In this document: in pieces, positions 9,864-23,136 of the stretch | Layout of the letters: the number at the start of each line of letters is the position of its first letter | Numbering within the stretch: the stretch's first letter is position 1 | From: Candidatus Eiseniibacteriota bacterium | Lineage (GTDB): Bacteria; Eisenbacteria; RBG-16-71-46 | Direction of reading: 5' to 3' | DNA: 64,000 nt | Assembly: GCA_044223005.1 (NCBI GenBank) | Contig: JBGAML010000003.1 | Coordinates: 32,001-96,000, forward strand | Position numbers and translations under genes: made by a program | Notes under the pieces: model-generated | What the model was told of the DNA's origin: nothing | The model's input: the letters and a program-made list of their open reading frames with translations, nothing else | The model's database searches: none

Positions 9864-12602
9864 TCAGGCGTGCCGCGGGTCGACGGCCTCCGGATCGAGG
9901 CCGTACGCGGCGATCGCCTTGGCGACCACGTCCGCCTTCACCTTGCCGTCGAGCATCAGGGCGTGCAGCGTCGCCACGACGATGTGCTCGGCGTCGATCT
10001 CGAAGTGACGCCGGAGCGCTTCGCGCGTGTCGCTGCGGCCGTAGCCGTCGGTCCCGAGCGCGACGAAGCGGTTCGGGATCCAGCGGGCCGGCGCGTCGTT
10101 CACGGCCTTGAGCCAGTCGCTCGACGCGATCACCGGACCCTCGGCGCCCTTCAGCGCCTGCGTGACGTACGGCACGCGCGGCGTCTCGGCGGGGTGGAGC
10201 CGGTTCCAGCGCTCCACCTCGAGCGCGTCGTGACGGAGCTCGGAGTAGCTCGTCGCACTCCAGACGTCCGCGGTGACCTTCCACTCCTTCGCGAGCATCT
10301 CCTGCGCGCGGAGCGCCTGGAGCAGCATGGGGCCGCTGCCGAACAGCTGCGCCTTCGCACCGCCGGTCTTCTCGCCGCGCTGGTAGAGGTAGAGGCCCTT
10401 CAGGATGCCGTCGTCCACGCCCTCGGGCCGCTTCGGCTGCGCGTAGTCCTGATTGTAGAGCGCGATGTAGTAGAAGACGTCCTCGCCCTGTTCGTACATG
10501 CGGCGCAGGCCCGCCTGCACGATCGTGGCGACTTCGTACGCGAACGCCGGGTCGTACGCGAGGCAGTTGGGCACCGCCGACGCGAGCAGCAGGCTGTGAC
10601 CGTCCTCGTGCTGCAGGCCCTCGCCGTTCAGCGTGGTGCGGCCGGCCGTGGCGCCGAGCATGAAGCCGCGGCCGCGCGCGTCACCGAATGCCCACACCAT
10701 GTCCATGGTGCGCTGGAACCCGAACATCGAGTAGAAGATGTAGAACGGGATCGTGGTCGAGCCGTGCGTGGCGTAGCTCGTGCCCGACGCCGTGAACGAC
10801 GCCATCGAGCCGTCCTCGGTGATGCCCTCCTCGAGCACCTGCCCGTCGGCCTTCTCGGTGTACGAGAGCACCAGCTTGGAATCGACGGGCTCGTACTTCT
10901 GGCCGCCCGGCTGGTAGATGCCGACCTCGCGGAAGAGCACCTCGAGCCCGAACGTGCGCGCCTCGTCGGGGATGATCGGCACGATGCGCTTGCCGTAGTT
11001 GGGGTCGCGAATCAGGTTGCGGAGCACCTTGCCGAACACCATGGTCGTCGAGACCTGCTGCGTGTCGGGCGTGCCGCCGTCGAACTCCGAGAACGCCTTG
11101 GGGTTCGCGGCCGGCAGCGGCTTCGTGCGCACGACGCGCTTGGGCACGCAGCCGCCGAGCGCACGCCGGCGCTCGAGCAGGTACTTCACCTCGTCGCTGT
11201 CCGCGCCGGGGTGGTAGAGCGGCGCGTCGGCGAGCTTCTTGTCCGAGATCGGCAGTTCGAGCGTGTCGCGGAACTTGCGCAGCTCGTCCAGGTCCAGCTT
11301 CTTCTTCTGGTGCGTGATGTTGCGCGCTTCGGCGCCCGAGCCCAGCGTCCAGCCCTTCACGGTCTTCGCGAGGATCGCCGTGGGCCGGCCCTGCATGGCC
11401 GCCGCCGCGGAATACGCGGCGTAGATCTTCTTGTAATCGTGGCCGCCGCGGCGCAGGTGCTTCAGGTCGTCGTCCGAGAGGTGCTCGACCATCGCCTTGA
11501 GCGACTCGTTGGCGCCGAAGAAGTGCTCGCGGATGTAGGCTCCGCTCTGCACCTGGTACTGCTGCCAGTCGCCGTCGACGGTCTCGTTGAGCCGGTCGAC
11601 GAGGTGGCCGTCGTAGTCCTTCGCGAGCAGTTCGTCCCACTCGCGGCCGAGGATCACCTTGATCACGTTCCAGCCCGCGCCGGTGAACACGGCCTCGAGC
11701 TCCTGGATGATCTTGCCGTTGCCACGCACGGGTCCGTCGAGCCGCTGCAGGTTGCAGTTGATGACGAACGTCAGGTTGTCGAGCCCCTCGCGCGCCGCGA
11801 GGCGGATCGCGCCGGTCGCCTCGGGCTCGTCGGTCTCGCCGTCGCCGAGAAACGCCCACACGCGCGAGTTCGACGTGTCCGCGAGGCCGCGCGCGCCGAG
11901 GTAGCGGTTGAAGCGCGCCTGGTAGATCGCGTTGAGCGGCCCGAGGCCCATGCTGACGGTCGGGAACTCCCAGAAGTCCGGCATGAGCCGCGGGTGCGGA
12001 TAGGACGACAGGCCCCGGCCACGCACGACTTCCTGGCGGAAGTGCTCGATCTGCGATTCCGCGAGCCGGCCTTCGAGGAACGCGCGCGCGTAGATGCCGG
12101 GCGCCGCGTGGCCCTGGAAGAAGATCTGGTCGCCCGAGCCGCCCTCGTCCTTACCGCGGAAGAAGTGGTTGAAGCCCACTTCGTAGAGGCTTGCCGCCGA
12201 CGCGTAGGTCGACAGGTGGCCGCCGAGGCCCGCGTGGTGATGGTTCGCCCGCACGACCATGGCGGCGGCGTTCCAGCGGATGATGCGGCGGATCCGCTTC
12301 TCCATCGCCTCGTCGCCGGGGAAGGGCGGCTCCTGCTCGGTCGAGATCGTGTTGATGTAGCGAGACTGCACCAGGCCCGGCAGACCGACGTGCAGCTGGC
12401 GCGCGCGCTTGAGCACGCGGCGCAGCAGGAAGTCCGCGCGCTCGCGGCCGTGCAGCCGGACGATGTCCTCCAGCGCGTCGAGCCACTCCTGCGTTTCACC
12501 GGCGTCCGCATCGGGCAGCTGGCGCTTGAAGCCCGAGAGCATGTTGAGGATGAACCGCTCGCTCTCGCGACGGTCGTGGGTCGGACGGTCCTGGACGCTC
12601 AT
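9864..12602 (-). CDS. aceE: Pyruvate dehydrogenase E1, homodimeric type
   Basis: ETQEWLDAL, GGHLSTYAS, SYPHPRLMPDFWEFPTVSMGLG, GDGETDEPE TPP motif, GEGLQHEDG. Confidence 0.97.
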   Translation of the reverse strand: MSVQDRPTHDRRESERFILNMLSGFKRQLPDADAGETQEWLDALEDIVRLHGRERADFLLRRVLKRARQLHVGLPGLVQSRYINTISTEQEPPFPGDEAMEKRIRRIIRWNAAAMVVRANHHHAGLGGHLSTYASAASLYEVGFNHFFRGKDEGGSGDQIFFQGHAAPGIYARAFLEGRLAESQIEHFRQEVVRGRGLSSYPHPRLMPDFWEFPTVSMGLGPLNAIYQARFNRYLGARGLADTSNSRVWAFLGDGETDEPEATGAIRLAAREGLDNLTFVINCNLQRLDGPVRGNGKIIQELEAVFTGAGWNVIKVILGREWDELLAKDYDGHLVDRLNETVDGDWQQYQVQSGAYIREHFFGANESLKAMVEHLSDDDLKHLRRGGHDYKKIYAAYSAAAAMQGRPTAILAKTVKGWTLGSGAEARNITHQKKKLDLDELRKFRDTLELPISDKKLADAPLYHPGADSDEVKYLLERRRALGGCVPKRVVRTKPLPAANPKAFSEFDGGTPDTQQVSTTMVFGKVLRNLIRDPNYGKRIVPIIPDEARTFGLEVLFREVGIYQPGGQKYEPVDSKLVLSYTEKADGQVLEEGITEDGSMASFTASGTSYATHGSTTIPFYIFYSMFGFQRTMDMVWAFGDARGRGFMLGATAGRTTLNGEGLQHEDGHSLLLASAVPNCLAYDPAFAYEVATIVQAGLRRMYEQGEDVFYYIALYNQDYAQPKRPEGVDDGILKGLYLYQRGEKTGGAKAQLFGSGPMLLQALRAQEMLAKEWKVTADVWSATSYSELRHDALEVERWNRLHPAETPRVPYVTQALKGAEGPVIASSDWLKAVNDAPARWIPNRFVALGTDGYGRSDTREALRRHFEIDAEHIVVATLHALMLDGKVKADVVAKAIAAYGLDPEAVDPRHA

Positions 12603-13009
12603 TTCGATCGGGGTCCTTTCGGAGGTCACCGGGAAGGTCGAAACGCCTGCCGGCGAGGCCGCAGCGGCGTGAAGCGCGCGGCGCGAGCACCGGCCCGAGG
12701 TGGGCGGTATGACAACGTTTTCACCGGCGGCAGAATAGCGGCTGGCCCGCCGGAGGCCAAACCGGCGGCGGTTCCGCCGGTGGGCGTGCACTCCCTAGGT
12801 GAGATGCATGTCACGCCGCGGACGGTTCGGCCGTGAAACGCCTGAAACGGCGCGCGTTGGCGCCGCGGCCGCGATCCGGGGTTCGCACGCCAGTCCGCGT
12901 TCGCTCCAGCGGAACGCGACCGCCGCGCCCAGCGCTGCGCGCCGCGCAACGCCGCGGCGCGTGCGGTAAGTTGGCGCCGACCGGTCCCTACTCGAGGAGA
13001 CTTTCGCCG

Positions 13010-15016
13010 ATGTCCGTGATCGCACCGACGACCGCCACGCTGTACGCGGCCCGCAAGGGGCCGCGCCCGATGACCGCCGAGGATCTCTGGCTGCTGCCCC
13101 GCGTGGGCGCGCCCCAGCCGTCGCCCGACGGCCGCTTCGCGGTCGTGCCGGTGACCACGTACGCGATCGAGAAGAACGAGGCGCGCACGCGGCTGTGGCG
13201 CATCGCACTGGACGGCGCCGGCGAGCCCGCGGCGCTCACCTCGCCGGACGTGTCGGCGAGCGAGCCGCGCGTCTCGCCCGACGGCACGCAGCTCGCGTTC
13301 GTGCGCAAGGACGACAAGGGGCGCGGGCAGCTCATGCTCCTGCCGCTCGCGGGCGGCGAGGCGCGCAAGCTCACCGACCTGCCGCTCGGCGTGTTCGATC
13401 CGCGCTGGCTCCCGGACGGCTCGGCGCTGGTCGTCGCGTCGCCCGTGATCCGCGGGCATGCGACGCCCGAGGCGACGGCGGCGGAGCTGCAGCGCCGCGC
13501 CGACGATCCGGTGAAGGCGCACGTCACCGAGGACCGCGTCTATCGCTACTGGGACACCTGGCTGACGACGGGCGAAGTCCCGCACCTGTTCCTCGTGCCG
13601 CTCGCCGGCGGCGCGCCGCGCGACCTGACGCCCGAATCCGTGGGCTGGTTCGACTGGATGGATCCCTCCGGTCAGTACGACCTCTCGCCCGACGGGCGCG
13701 AGATCGCGTTCGCCGCGTTCGTGTTCGACGAGGCGCGTTCGCTGCTGGTTTCGCGCATCTTCACCGTGCCGGTCGCGGGCGGTGCGCTGCGCTGCCTCAC
13801 CGATGGGCATCCGGCCGACGACCTGCGTCCGCGCTACTCGCCCGACGGCAAGTCGATCGTCTACGGCATGTCGCACGATCCGTTCTTCTACGCGGACCGC
13901 ATCCGCCTCATGCGCGTCGATCGCGCGAGCGGTGCGCACGCGGAGTGGCTCGGCAACTGGGAGCTGACGCCCGCGCAGTGGGAGTTCGCGGCCGACGGCA
14001 CGCTGGTGCTCGAGGCCGAGGAGGCGGCGCGCGTGAAGCTGTTCGCGTGGCGCGGCACCGGCGTTCCGGTGGCGATCACGGGTGACGGCGCGGTCGGCGG
14101 CTTCACCGTGGCCGGCACGCGCGTGCTGTTCACGCACCAGACGCTCGTGGCGCCGGCGGAAGCGTGGGCGTGCGGGCTCGACGGCTCGGGCCGCACCGAG
14201 CTCACGCGGTTCACGAGCGAGATCGCGGCGGGCTTCGGCACCGGCGAGGTGCGCGAGATGACGTTCGAGGGCGCGAAGGGCGAAAGCGTGCAGATGTTCG
14301 TGGTGCTGCCGCCGGGTTTCGAGCCGGGGAAGAAGTATCCGCTCGTGCACGTGGTGCACGGCGGCCCGCACGGCATCTCGGGTGACCAGTTCCATCCGCG
14401 CTGGAACGCGCAGCTCTTCGCCGCGCCGGGCTACGTCGCGGCGCTGGTGAACTTCCAGGGCTCGACCTCGTGGGGCCAGGACTTCGCGCAGCGGATCCAG
14501 GGCGAGTGGGCGGAGCGCCCGTTCGCGGACGTGATGCGCGCGACCGACGTGCTCGTGGCCACGGGCTTCGTGGACGAGACGCGCATGGCGACCGCGGGCG
14601 GCTCGTACGGCGGCTACATGATGTCGTGGATCGCCGGGCACACCGATCGCTTCCGCTGCATCGTCAACCACGCCGGCGTTTCGGATCTCGTGGGCCAGTA
14701 CGCGAGCGACGTGACGCAGGGGCGCGGGCGCTCGGCCGGCGGCGAGATCTGGGTCGACCGCGACGCCATGGAGCGCTGGTCGCCCATCCGCTTCGCGAGC
14801 GGCATGAAGACGCCGATGCTGGTGATCCACGGCGAGCGCGACTACCGCGTGCCGGTGGGGCAGGGCCTGCTCGTGTACGGCGTGCTCAAGGCCAAGGGCG
14901 TCCCGGCGCGGCTCGTCTACTTCCCGGACGAAAACCACTGGGTCTTGAAGCCGCGCAACTCGCTCCTCTGGTACCGCGAGGTGCACGCGTGGCTCGAGCG
15001 CTGGCTCGGGGCCTGA
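13010..15016 (+). CDS. S9 family (prolyl oligopeptidase/dipeptidyl peptidase-like) serine peptidase
   Basis: SPDG propeller repeats, VHGGPH, GGSYGG, HGERDYRVP, DENHW. Confidence 0.95.
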   Translation: MSVIAPTTATLYAARKGPRPMTAEDLWLLPRVGAPQPSPDGRFAVVPVTTYAIEKNEARTRLWRIALDGAGEPAALTSPDVSASEPRVSPDGTQLAFVRKDDKGRGQLMLLPLAGGEARKLTDLPLGVFDPRWLPDGSALVVASPVIRGHATPEATAAELQRRADDPVKAHVTEDRVYRYWDTWLTTGEVPHLFLVPLAGGAPRDLTPESVGWFDWMDPSGQYDLSPDGREIAFAAFVFDEARSLLVSRIFTVPVAGGALRCLTDGHPADDLRPRYSPDGKSIVYGMSHDPFFYADRIRLMRVDRASGAHAEWLGNWELTPAQWEFAADGTLVLEAEEAARVKLFAWRGTGVPVAITGDGAVGGFTVAGTRVLFTHQTLVAPAEAWACGLDGSGRTELTRFTSEIAAGFGTGEVREMTFEGAKGESVQMFVVLPPGFEPGKKYPLVHVVHGGPHGISGDQFHPRWNAQLFAAPGYVAALVNFQGSTSWGQDFAQRIQGEWAERPFADVMRATDVLVATGFVDETRMATAGGSYGGYMMSWIAGHTDRFRCIVNHAGVSDLVGQYASDVTQGRGRSAGGEIWVDRDAMERWSPIRFASGMKTPMLVIHGERDYRVPVGQGLLVYGVLKAKGVPARLVYFPDENHWVLKPRNSLLWYREVHAWLERWLGA

Positions 15017-15019
15017 GCC

Positions 15020-15361
15020 GTGCCGCTGCCCGATCACCTGCGCCGCCTGCTCGCCGAGTGCGACGTCGACGTCTATCGCTCGTCGGGTCCGGGCGGGCAG
15101 AAGAAGAACAAGACCGAGTCGAGCGTGCGCGTCCGGCACCGCCCGACCGGTCTCGTTCGCGTGGCGACCGAGAGCCGCTCGCAGTTCCGCAATCGTGAAG
15201 CGGCGCTCGAGCGGCTCTGGGACGCGCTGCAGGCGCGCGCGCGCAGGCCGAAGCCGCGCGTGGCCACGGCGCCGACCCGTGCGTCGCGCGAGCGTCGCGT
15301 GGCCGAAAAGCGCGTGGCGGGAGTCCGCAAGCGCGAGCGGCGGGCTCCGCTCGACGATTGA
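15020..15361 (+). CDS. arfB: ArfB/YaeJ-like peptidyl-tRNA hydrolase (ribosome rescue)
   Basis: SSGPGGQ..NKTES GGQ motif, SRSQ..NR, basic tail PKPRVATAPTRASRERR..EKR. Confidence 0.8.
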   Translation: MPLPDHLRRLLAECDVDVYRSSGPGGQKKNKTESSVRVRHRPTGLVRVATESRSQFRNREAALERLWDALQARARRPKPRVATAPTRASRERRVAEKRVAGVRKRERRAPLDD

Positions 15362-15409
15362 GCCGCGCGGCGACCGCGTGAAACGCCGCCCGAATGCTCC
15401 CGAAGGCCC

Positions 15410-15456
15410 TCCGTACTACTACGGATTGACGTTGCAACACGCAGATTGATACCGCT
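15410..15456 (+). promoter_or_regulatory. Putative promoter and palindrome upstream of the TonB-dependent receptor
   Basis: TCCGTA-CTAC-TACGGA inverted repeat (15410-15425) abutting TTGACG (15426-15431); -10 element unclear. Confidence 0.4.
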
Positions 15457-15531
15457 TGTGTCGACCGGGGCCGCCCGGTCCCGCGTGGGCGGTCCGCCCG
15501 CGCGCGCCATCCCGCTGCGGAGGATCTGCCC

Positions 15532-17784
15532 ATGTCTCGCTCATTCCCTCGTCGCGCGCGCACCGCTCGCGCGGTGATCCATACGCTCGTCTTCGCCAGT
15601 CTCGTCGCGGCGTTCGCCGCCGGCGTTGCGGTGGCGAACGCCGCGAGCCACACGTCGGCGTTCGCCGACACGACCCGCCCGGTCACGTTCCTGCGCGAGG
15701 TCGTCGTGACCGGTGCGCGATACCCGCGCGCCTACTACCAGTCGCCCCAGGCGCTCTCGTTCGTGGGGCCGCGCCAGCTGCGCGAGTCGGCGCCGATCGT
15801 GATTGGCGACGTGCTCGGAACGCTGCCCGGCGTGGACAACAGCAAGGACAGCCCCTGGGAGCAGCGCCCGGTGCTCCGCGGTCTTTCCGGCCAGCGCGTG
15901 CTCGTGCTCATGGACGGCATGCCCATGAACAGCTCCCGTGGCAACGGTCCGCACCCCTCGCTCGTGGATCCGTCACAGATCCAGCGCGTGGAGGTCGTGC
16001 GCGGACCGTCGAGCGTCTCGTACGGTTCCGATGCCCTCGGCGGCGCGATCAACATCATCACGCGCGAGCCCAGGCCCACGGACGGCAAGACGGCCCTCGA
16101 GGGCGGCATCTCGTTCTCGGGCTCCACGGGCGAGAACCAGGGTGGCGGTTCGCTCGAGCTCATGCCGCGCATGGGCAAGTTCTCCGGCTACGGTTCGTTC
16201 GGGTTCCGCTCGGCGAAGAACTTCGATTCGCCCGATGGCACGATCGCGAACTCGTCGTTCCGCGACTGGGACGGCCTCTACGGCCTGCGTTGGGACGCCT
16301 CGTCGAACTTCGACGTCAAGGCTGGCTACCAGATGCTGCGGGGCTCGGACGTCGGGATCCCGGGACTCACGACCCCGCTCGCGAACTACGGTCCCGGCAA
16401 CACGACGACGTTCCAGTTCAAGGACTACGACCGTGACCTGGCGCACCTGACGCTCGACCATCGCTACGAGAACTCGTGGATCGCGGCGTCGCGCCTGCGC
16501 TTCTACTGGCAGGCGGAGCGCCGGAACTTCTGGTCCACCGAGCGCATCGACTCGGCGTACTACGCGATCTACGGCATTCCCTCGAACGGTTCGATCTTCC
16601 GGCAGACCGACCAGGACCGCTTCTTCGACCTCAAGACCTGGGGCGCGCAGCTCCAGCTGACGTCGATCCAGACGAAGACCTATCGGTTCACCGCCGGCGT
16701 GGACGCCGCGCGCGACGTCACCGCCGGCAACAACGTCCGCCATCGGGACTCGCAGTTCGCGACGGGCCCCGGCCCGGTGGCGCTGCGGATCACGCAGTCG
16801 GTGCCGAACGGCACGTTCGACAACGTCGGCACGTACTTCCAGAACGAGTGGTACGTGCTGCCGAAGTTCACGCTGAGCTCGGGCGTGCGCTGGACGATGT
16901 ACCACGACCGCACGGACGCGGGCCTCGCTGCCCCGGCGAGCGGTCCGACGCCGGCGCAGTACTTCGAGGCGCTCAAGGTCGACAACAACGCGACGTGCGG
17001 CTCGGTCGGCGTGGTCTACGAGGCGGCGAAGGACCTGCACCTGAGCTTCAACGTCGCGAACGGCTATCGCCAGCCGAACGCGCAGGACCTGTTCTTCAAC
17101 GGCCCCGCGTCCGTCGGCTTCGTGCTCGGCGATCCGGACCTCAAGCCCGAGAAGAGCGTCTCGTACGATTTCGGCCTGCGCTACGAGAATGCGAAGGAGG
17201 CGATCTCCGCGAACGCGTTCTGGTCGAACTACGACGACCTGATCGACGCGGTCGACGTGACGCCGGCGGGCAACCCGCCGGGCGCGCCGCACACCTACCA
17301 GTACACGAATATCTCCAAGGCCCGGATCTACGGCGTCGAGGCCGAGTGCGAGTGGGTGCTGCCCGCGCGGCTGCGCGCGCGCGCGACGCTGTCGCACGCG
17401 ATCGGCGACATCACCAGCCGCGAGGCGAACCTGACGCTCTACGGCGCGGATCTCGATCGTTCGCCGCTCGGTGGCGTGCCGCCGACCAAGGGCACCGCCA
17501 GCCTGCACTGGGCCGATCGCGACAATCGCTTCTGGGCCGAGCCGTCCATGCGGTGGGCGTGGCGCACCAACCGGCTCCCGCTGCCGACGCCGGGCGTCGG
17601 GCAGCTCACCGACTTCAAGAAGGAATACATCGTCGGTGACCTGATGGCCGGGTGGCGCATCGACTACGTGCACAGCATCACGGTGGGCGTGCGGAACTTC
17701 ACCGACCGCAACTACCGCGAGTCGCTGGCGTCCCTGCCGGCCCCGGGCCGTTCGTTCGTGGCGAGCTTCCAGGCCAGCTTCTGA
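15532..17784 (+). CDS. TonB-dependent outer-membrane receptor
   Basis: Signal peptide, EVVVTG TonB-box region, RVEVVRGPSSVSYGSDALGGAINIIT plug, DLKPEKS, C-terminal F. Confidence 0.95.
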   Translation: MSRSFPRRARTARAVIHTLVFASLVAAFAAGVAVANAASHTSAFADTTRPVTFLREVVVTGARYPRAYYQSPQALSFVGPRQLRESAPIVIGDVLGTLPGVDNSKDSPWEQRPVLRGLSGQRVLVLMDGMPMNSSRGNGPHPSLVDPSQIQRVEVVRGPSSVSYGSDALGGAINIITREPRPTDGKTALEGGISFSGSTGENQGGGSLELMPRMGKFSGYGSFGFRSAKNFDSPDGTIANSSFRDWDGLYGLRWDASSNFDVKAGYQMLRGSDVGIPGLTTPLANYGPGNTTTFQFKDYDRDLAHLTLDHRYENSWIAASRLRFYWQAERRNFWSTERIDSAYYAIYGIPSNGSIFRQTDQDRFFDLKTWGAQLQLTSIQTKTYRFTAGVDAARDVTAGNNVRHRDSQFATGPGPVALRITQSVPNGTFDNVGTYFQNEWYVLPKFTLSSGVRWTMYHDRTDAGLAAPASGPTPAQYFEALKVDNNATCGSVGVVYEAAKDLHLSFNVANGYRQPNAQDLFFNGPASVGFVLGDPDLKPEKSVSYDFGLRYENAKEAISANAFWSNYDDLIDAVDVTPAGNPPGAPHTYQYTNISKARIYGVEAECEWVLPARLRARATLSHAIGDITSREANLTLYGADLDRSPLGGVPPTKGTASLHWADRDNRFWAEPSMRWAWRTNRLPLPTPGVGQLTDFKKEYIVGDLMAGWRIDYVHSITVGVRNFTDRNYRESLASLPAPGRSFVASFQASF

Positions 17785-17800
17785 GTGGCGTTTCGCAACG

Positions 17801-17828
17801 GGGGCGCGGACGGAACCGTCCGCGCCCC
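17801..17828 (+). terminator. GC-rich hairpin after the TonB receptor gene
   Basis: 12-bp stem GGGGCGCGGACG-GAAC-CGTCCGCGCCCC; no U-tract. Confidence 0.55.
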
Positions 17829-17925
17829 TGCCGCATCTGGCCGGAATCACGTAACCTGCGTTTCATGCGCCCGCTCGGGCCGGCACCGTCCGGCCGGCGG
17901 GCAGGACCCCCTGGGGAAAACGGCC

Positions 17926-18534
17926 ATGAACTCCGACCCGCGATCCGCCGATATGGTGGAAAGTCCGAGACGCGAACCACGCTTGCCACCGGGACAGGTG
18001 AAGACCGAGAAGTGGCCGGTCCTCCACCATGGTTCCGTGCCGACCGTGGACCTCGCGCACTGGGACCTGGTCGTGGATGGGCTCGTCGCGCACCCGCAGC
18101 GGTGGACGTGGGAGCAGTTCCAGGCGCTGCCGCGGACGCGCGTCTTCAGCGACATCCACTGCGTGACGCGATGGAGCCGATACGACAATCGTTGGGAAGG
18201 CGTGTCGCTGCGCGAAGTGATGGAACGCTGCGCGCCGGCGTCGGACGCTCGTTTCGCGGTGATCCATGCCGAGCTGGGGTTCACGACGAACCTGCCGCTC
18301 ACGGAGCTCCTCCAGGATGACGTTCTGCTCGCCGACCGGCACGACGACGAACCGCTCACGCCCGAGCACGGGTGGCCGCTGCGGCTCGTCGTTCCGCGTC
18401 GCTACTTCTGGAAGAGCGCCAAGTGGATCCGGCGCATCCAGCTGGTGGATCGCGACGAGCCCGGCTTCTGGGAGCGGAACGGCTACCACAACGAGGCCGA
18501 TCCCTGGCGCGAGGAGCGTTTCTCGGACTGGTGA
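17926..18534 (+). CDS. Sulfite oxidase-like molybdopterin oxidoreductase (YuiH-like)
   Basis: RLPPGQ, DIHCVTRWS Mo-ligand Cys, EHGWPLRLVVP.RYFWKSAKW, GFWE.NGYH; start could be 17953. Confidence 0.9.
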   Translation: MNSDPRSADMVESPRREPRLPPGQVKTEKWPVLHHGSVPTVDLAHWDLVVDGLVAHPQRWTWEQFQALPRTRVFSDIHCVTRWSRYDNRWEGVSLREVMERCAPASDARFAVIHAELGFTTNLPLTELLQDDVLLADRHDDEPLTPEHGWPLRLVVPRRYFWKSAKWIRRIQLVDRDEPGFWERNGYHNEADPWREERFSDW

Positions 18535-18552
18535 GCTGCGGGAGGGCCGCGC

Positions 18553-20109
18553 GTGAGCGCGCCCGAGCATGTCCTGCGCGGCAAGCGCTGGCTCGAGGAG
18601 CAGCTCGAGCAGCTGGGCGGCCTGCGCAACGCGAACCCGCGTGACCCGAGCTTCAAGCTCTGGCGCCAGAACACGCTCACCGTGCTGCAGCGCATCTGGC
18701 ACGGCCAGCAGGCGCGTTCGGAGCGCTTCCGCCAGATTCCGTTCTCGCCGCACTCGCCCAAGGCCGACTTCGCGACGACGCGCGAGTGGTACCAGCGCGG
18801 TTGCGCCGAGGCCTCGGAGTACCTGCGCGCCCTGATCACGGAGGTCGAGTCCGTCGGCGTCCCGAACCCGGCCGACGCGCCTTCGGCCGAGGCGAAGCCG
18901 ATCGACGACGACGTCGATTTCCCGGTGCTGGACCTGGATGGCAGTTCGAGTCCGTCGGCGCCGCCCGCGGCCAAGAACGACATCGTACTGCTCGACAAGA
19001 GCGGCACCGCCGCGGCGCTCTCGCCCGAAGACGTCACGACGCCCGGCCCGCGTCCCGGCGGCCCGGCGCCGCCGACGCTGCGCGTCGACGTGCGGAACAC
19101 GGGTCTGCGCGCGTCCGCGCGCGACAATGAAGGACCGTCGATCCCGACGCTGCCGAAGCGCCCCGAGCTGCCGAAGCGCCCGGATTCCGCGCCGCGCGCG
19201 AGCGCGCCGTCCGCGCGCACCGACGCCCCGCGCAAGTCGGCGCCCAACGCCGAACCCGCGGCGCGTGCCAAGCCGGAGGCGCCGGCGCCCAAGCGCAATG
19301 GCCGCACGAAGCCGAAGCGCGCGCCCAAGGCGACGCCGCCGCGGCTCAAGGACATGCTGGGCCTGCAGGACCTCGACAAGAGCAGTGGCGCGTCGAAGGT
19401 GATGCCGCGTCCGACGCCGCCGCCCGCCGGCTCCGAGTCGTCGCCGGCGCGCATGATGGCGCGCCCGGCCCTGCCTTCGAGCGGCAAGGTCGAGGTGAAG
19501 CTGCCCGAGCCGATCGTGACGTCGACGCCGGCCGCGCCTGCGCCGCCCGCGCCGCCCGCGGCCGAAGCGCCCGCGCCAGTCGTGACGCCGCCGCCGGCGC
19601 CCGTCGCGCCCGCGCCGCCCGTGGCCGAGACGCCCGCGCCGGCTGCGTCGCCGACGCCCGCACCGGCCGCCGCCGCGCCCGAACCGCCGACCGCTGCCGC
19701 GTCCGCGGAGCCGCCCGCGACGGGTGAGGTGCCCGTGTTCGATCCGGCCGCGCAGCAGTCGCACCTCGATCCCGAGGCGTTCGCGCGCGCGACCGAGGAC
19801 TTCCTGCGCAGCTCCCCCGTGCTCGGGCTGCAGGGCAAGCCGGTGCAGCGGGCGAGCGACACGACGCAGTTCCTCGATCCCGACGCGGTGGCGCTCGCCA
19901 CGCTCGCGTCGGAGATCGCGCGGCACGTGCGCGAAGACGCCGCTCGTGGTCCGCTCAAGCAGAACCTGCTCGACCTGGCCGCCCAGCTCGAACAGAAGGC
20001 GCCCGAGTGGGCGCTGCTGCGCGACACGGTCGCCGCGGCGATGGCTCATCCCGAGCTCGCCAAGCGGCTGATGCCGATCGTGCTGCCCTGGCTCGGCCGC
20101 GCGGCCTGA
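18553..20109 (+). CDS. Hypothetical protein: two helical domains joined by a long Pro/Ala-rich linker
   Basis: GGAGG RBS, host-like codon usage, globular ~100-aa N- and ~120-aa C-terminal segments. Confidence 0.75.
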   Translation: MSAPEHVLRGKRWLEEQLEQLGGLRNANPRDPSFKLWRQNTLTVLQRIWHGQQARSERFRQIPFSPHSPKADFATTREWYQRGCAEASEYLRALITEVESVGVPNPADAPSAEAKPIDDDVDFPVLDLDGSSSPSAPPAAKNDIVLLDKSGTAAALSPEDVTTPGPRPGGPAPPTLRVDVRNTGLRASARDNEGPSIPTLPKRPELPKRPDSAPRASAPSARTDAPRKSAPNAEPAARAKPEAPAPKRNGRTKPKRAPKATPPRLKDMLGLQDLDKSSGASKVMPRPTPPPAGSESSPARMMARPALPSSGKVEVKLPEPIVTSTPAAPAPPAPPAAEAPAPVVTPPPAPVAPAPPVAETPAPAASPTPAPAAAAPEPPTAAASAEPPATGEVPVFDPAAQQSHLDPEAFARATEDFLRSSPVLGLQGKPVQRASDTTQFLDPDAVALATLASEIARHVREDAARGPLKQNLLDLAAQLEQKAPEWALLRDTVAAAMAHPELAKRLMPIVLPWLGRAA

Positions 20110-20285
20110 CGGCCGCTCGCGCTCGTCGCACCGCCGCGTTCCGCAACGCTCCCCGCGCGCGCCGTTCGCGCCCGAAACGCCCGCCGTTCCACCGCGCAGC
20201 GCGTTCCCCGCGCACTGGCCCCGGACCTCATGCGACGCGCACCGGTGTGCTAGCGTTCGCATCGAGAAGCCAGGGAGGTGGTGCG

Positions 20286-22885
<2,600 letters not shown>

Positions 22886-22889
<4 letters not shown>

Positions 22890-23134
22890 GCGGCCACGCC
22901 GGAATCGACCCGAAGAGCAAGGCCGGGCGGGCGCTGTCCGCCCTGGTCGCCGCATCGATGAAGATGTCTCCCGAAGTCCGGACCCGTGTCGCGCGCATCC
23001 GGACGATGCTCGATGGCTCCCCCGACGACCCCGGGATCGGTCACAAGATCGAAGGGGATCTCATGTTCCTGATGCGGGATTCGAAGCTGAACTCCGCCTG
23101 CGTCATGCTCCGAAAGGCCCTGCGAGCGATGTGA
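22886..23134 (+). CDS. Small hypothetical protein coupled to clpB
   Basis: GTGA overlap with the clpB stop; 82 aa, helical-looking. Confidence 0.55.
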
Positions 23135-23136
23135 CC

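Noticed and set aside
19140..19720. Short repeats in the Pro/Ala-rich region as a repeat array or CRISPR
   Set aside because: Low-complexity coding sequence ([16 protein letters not shown]) without constant repeats or spacers; no cas genes in the window
20110..20285. CIRCE or HAIR heat-shock operator upstream of clpB
   Set aside because: Neither TTAGCACTC-N9-GAGTGCTAA nor CTTGAGT-N7-ACTCAAG is present
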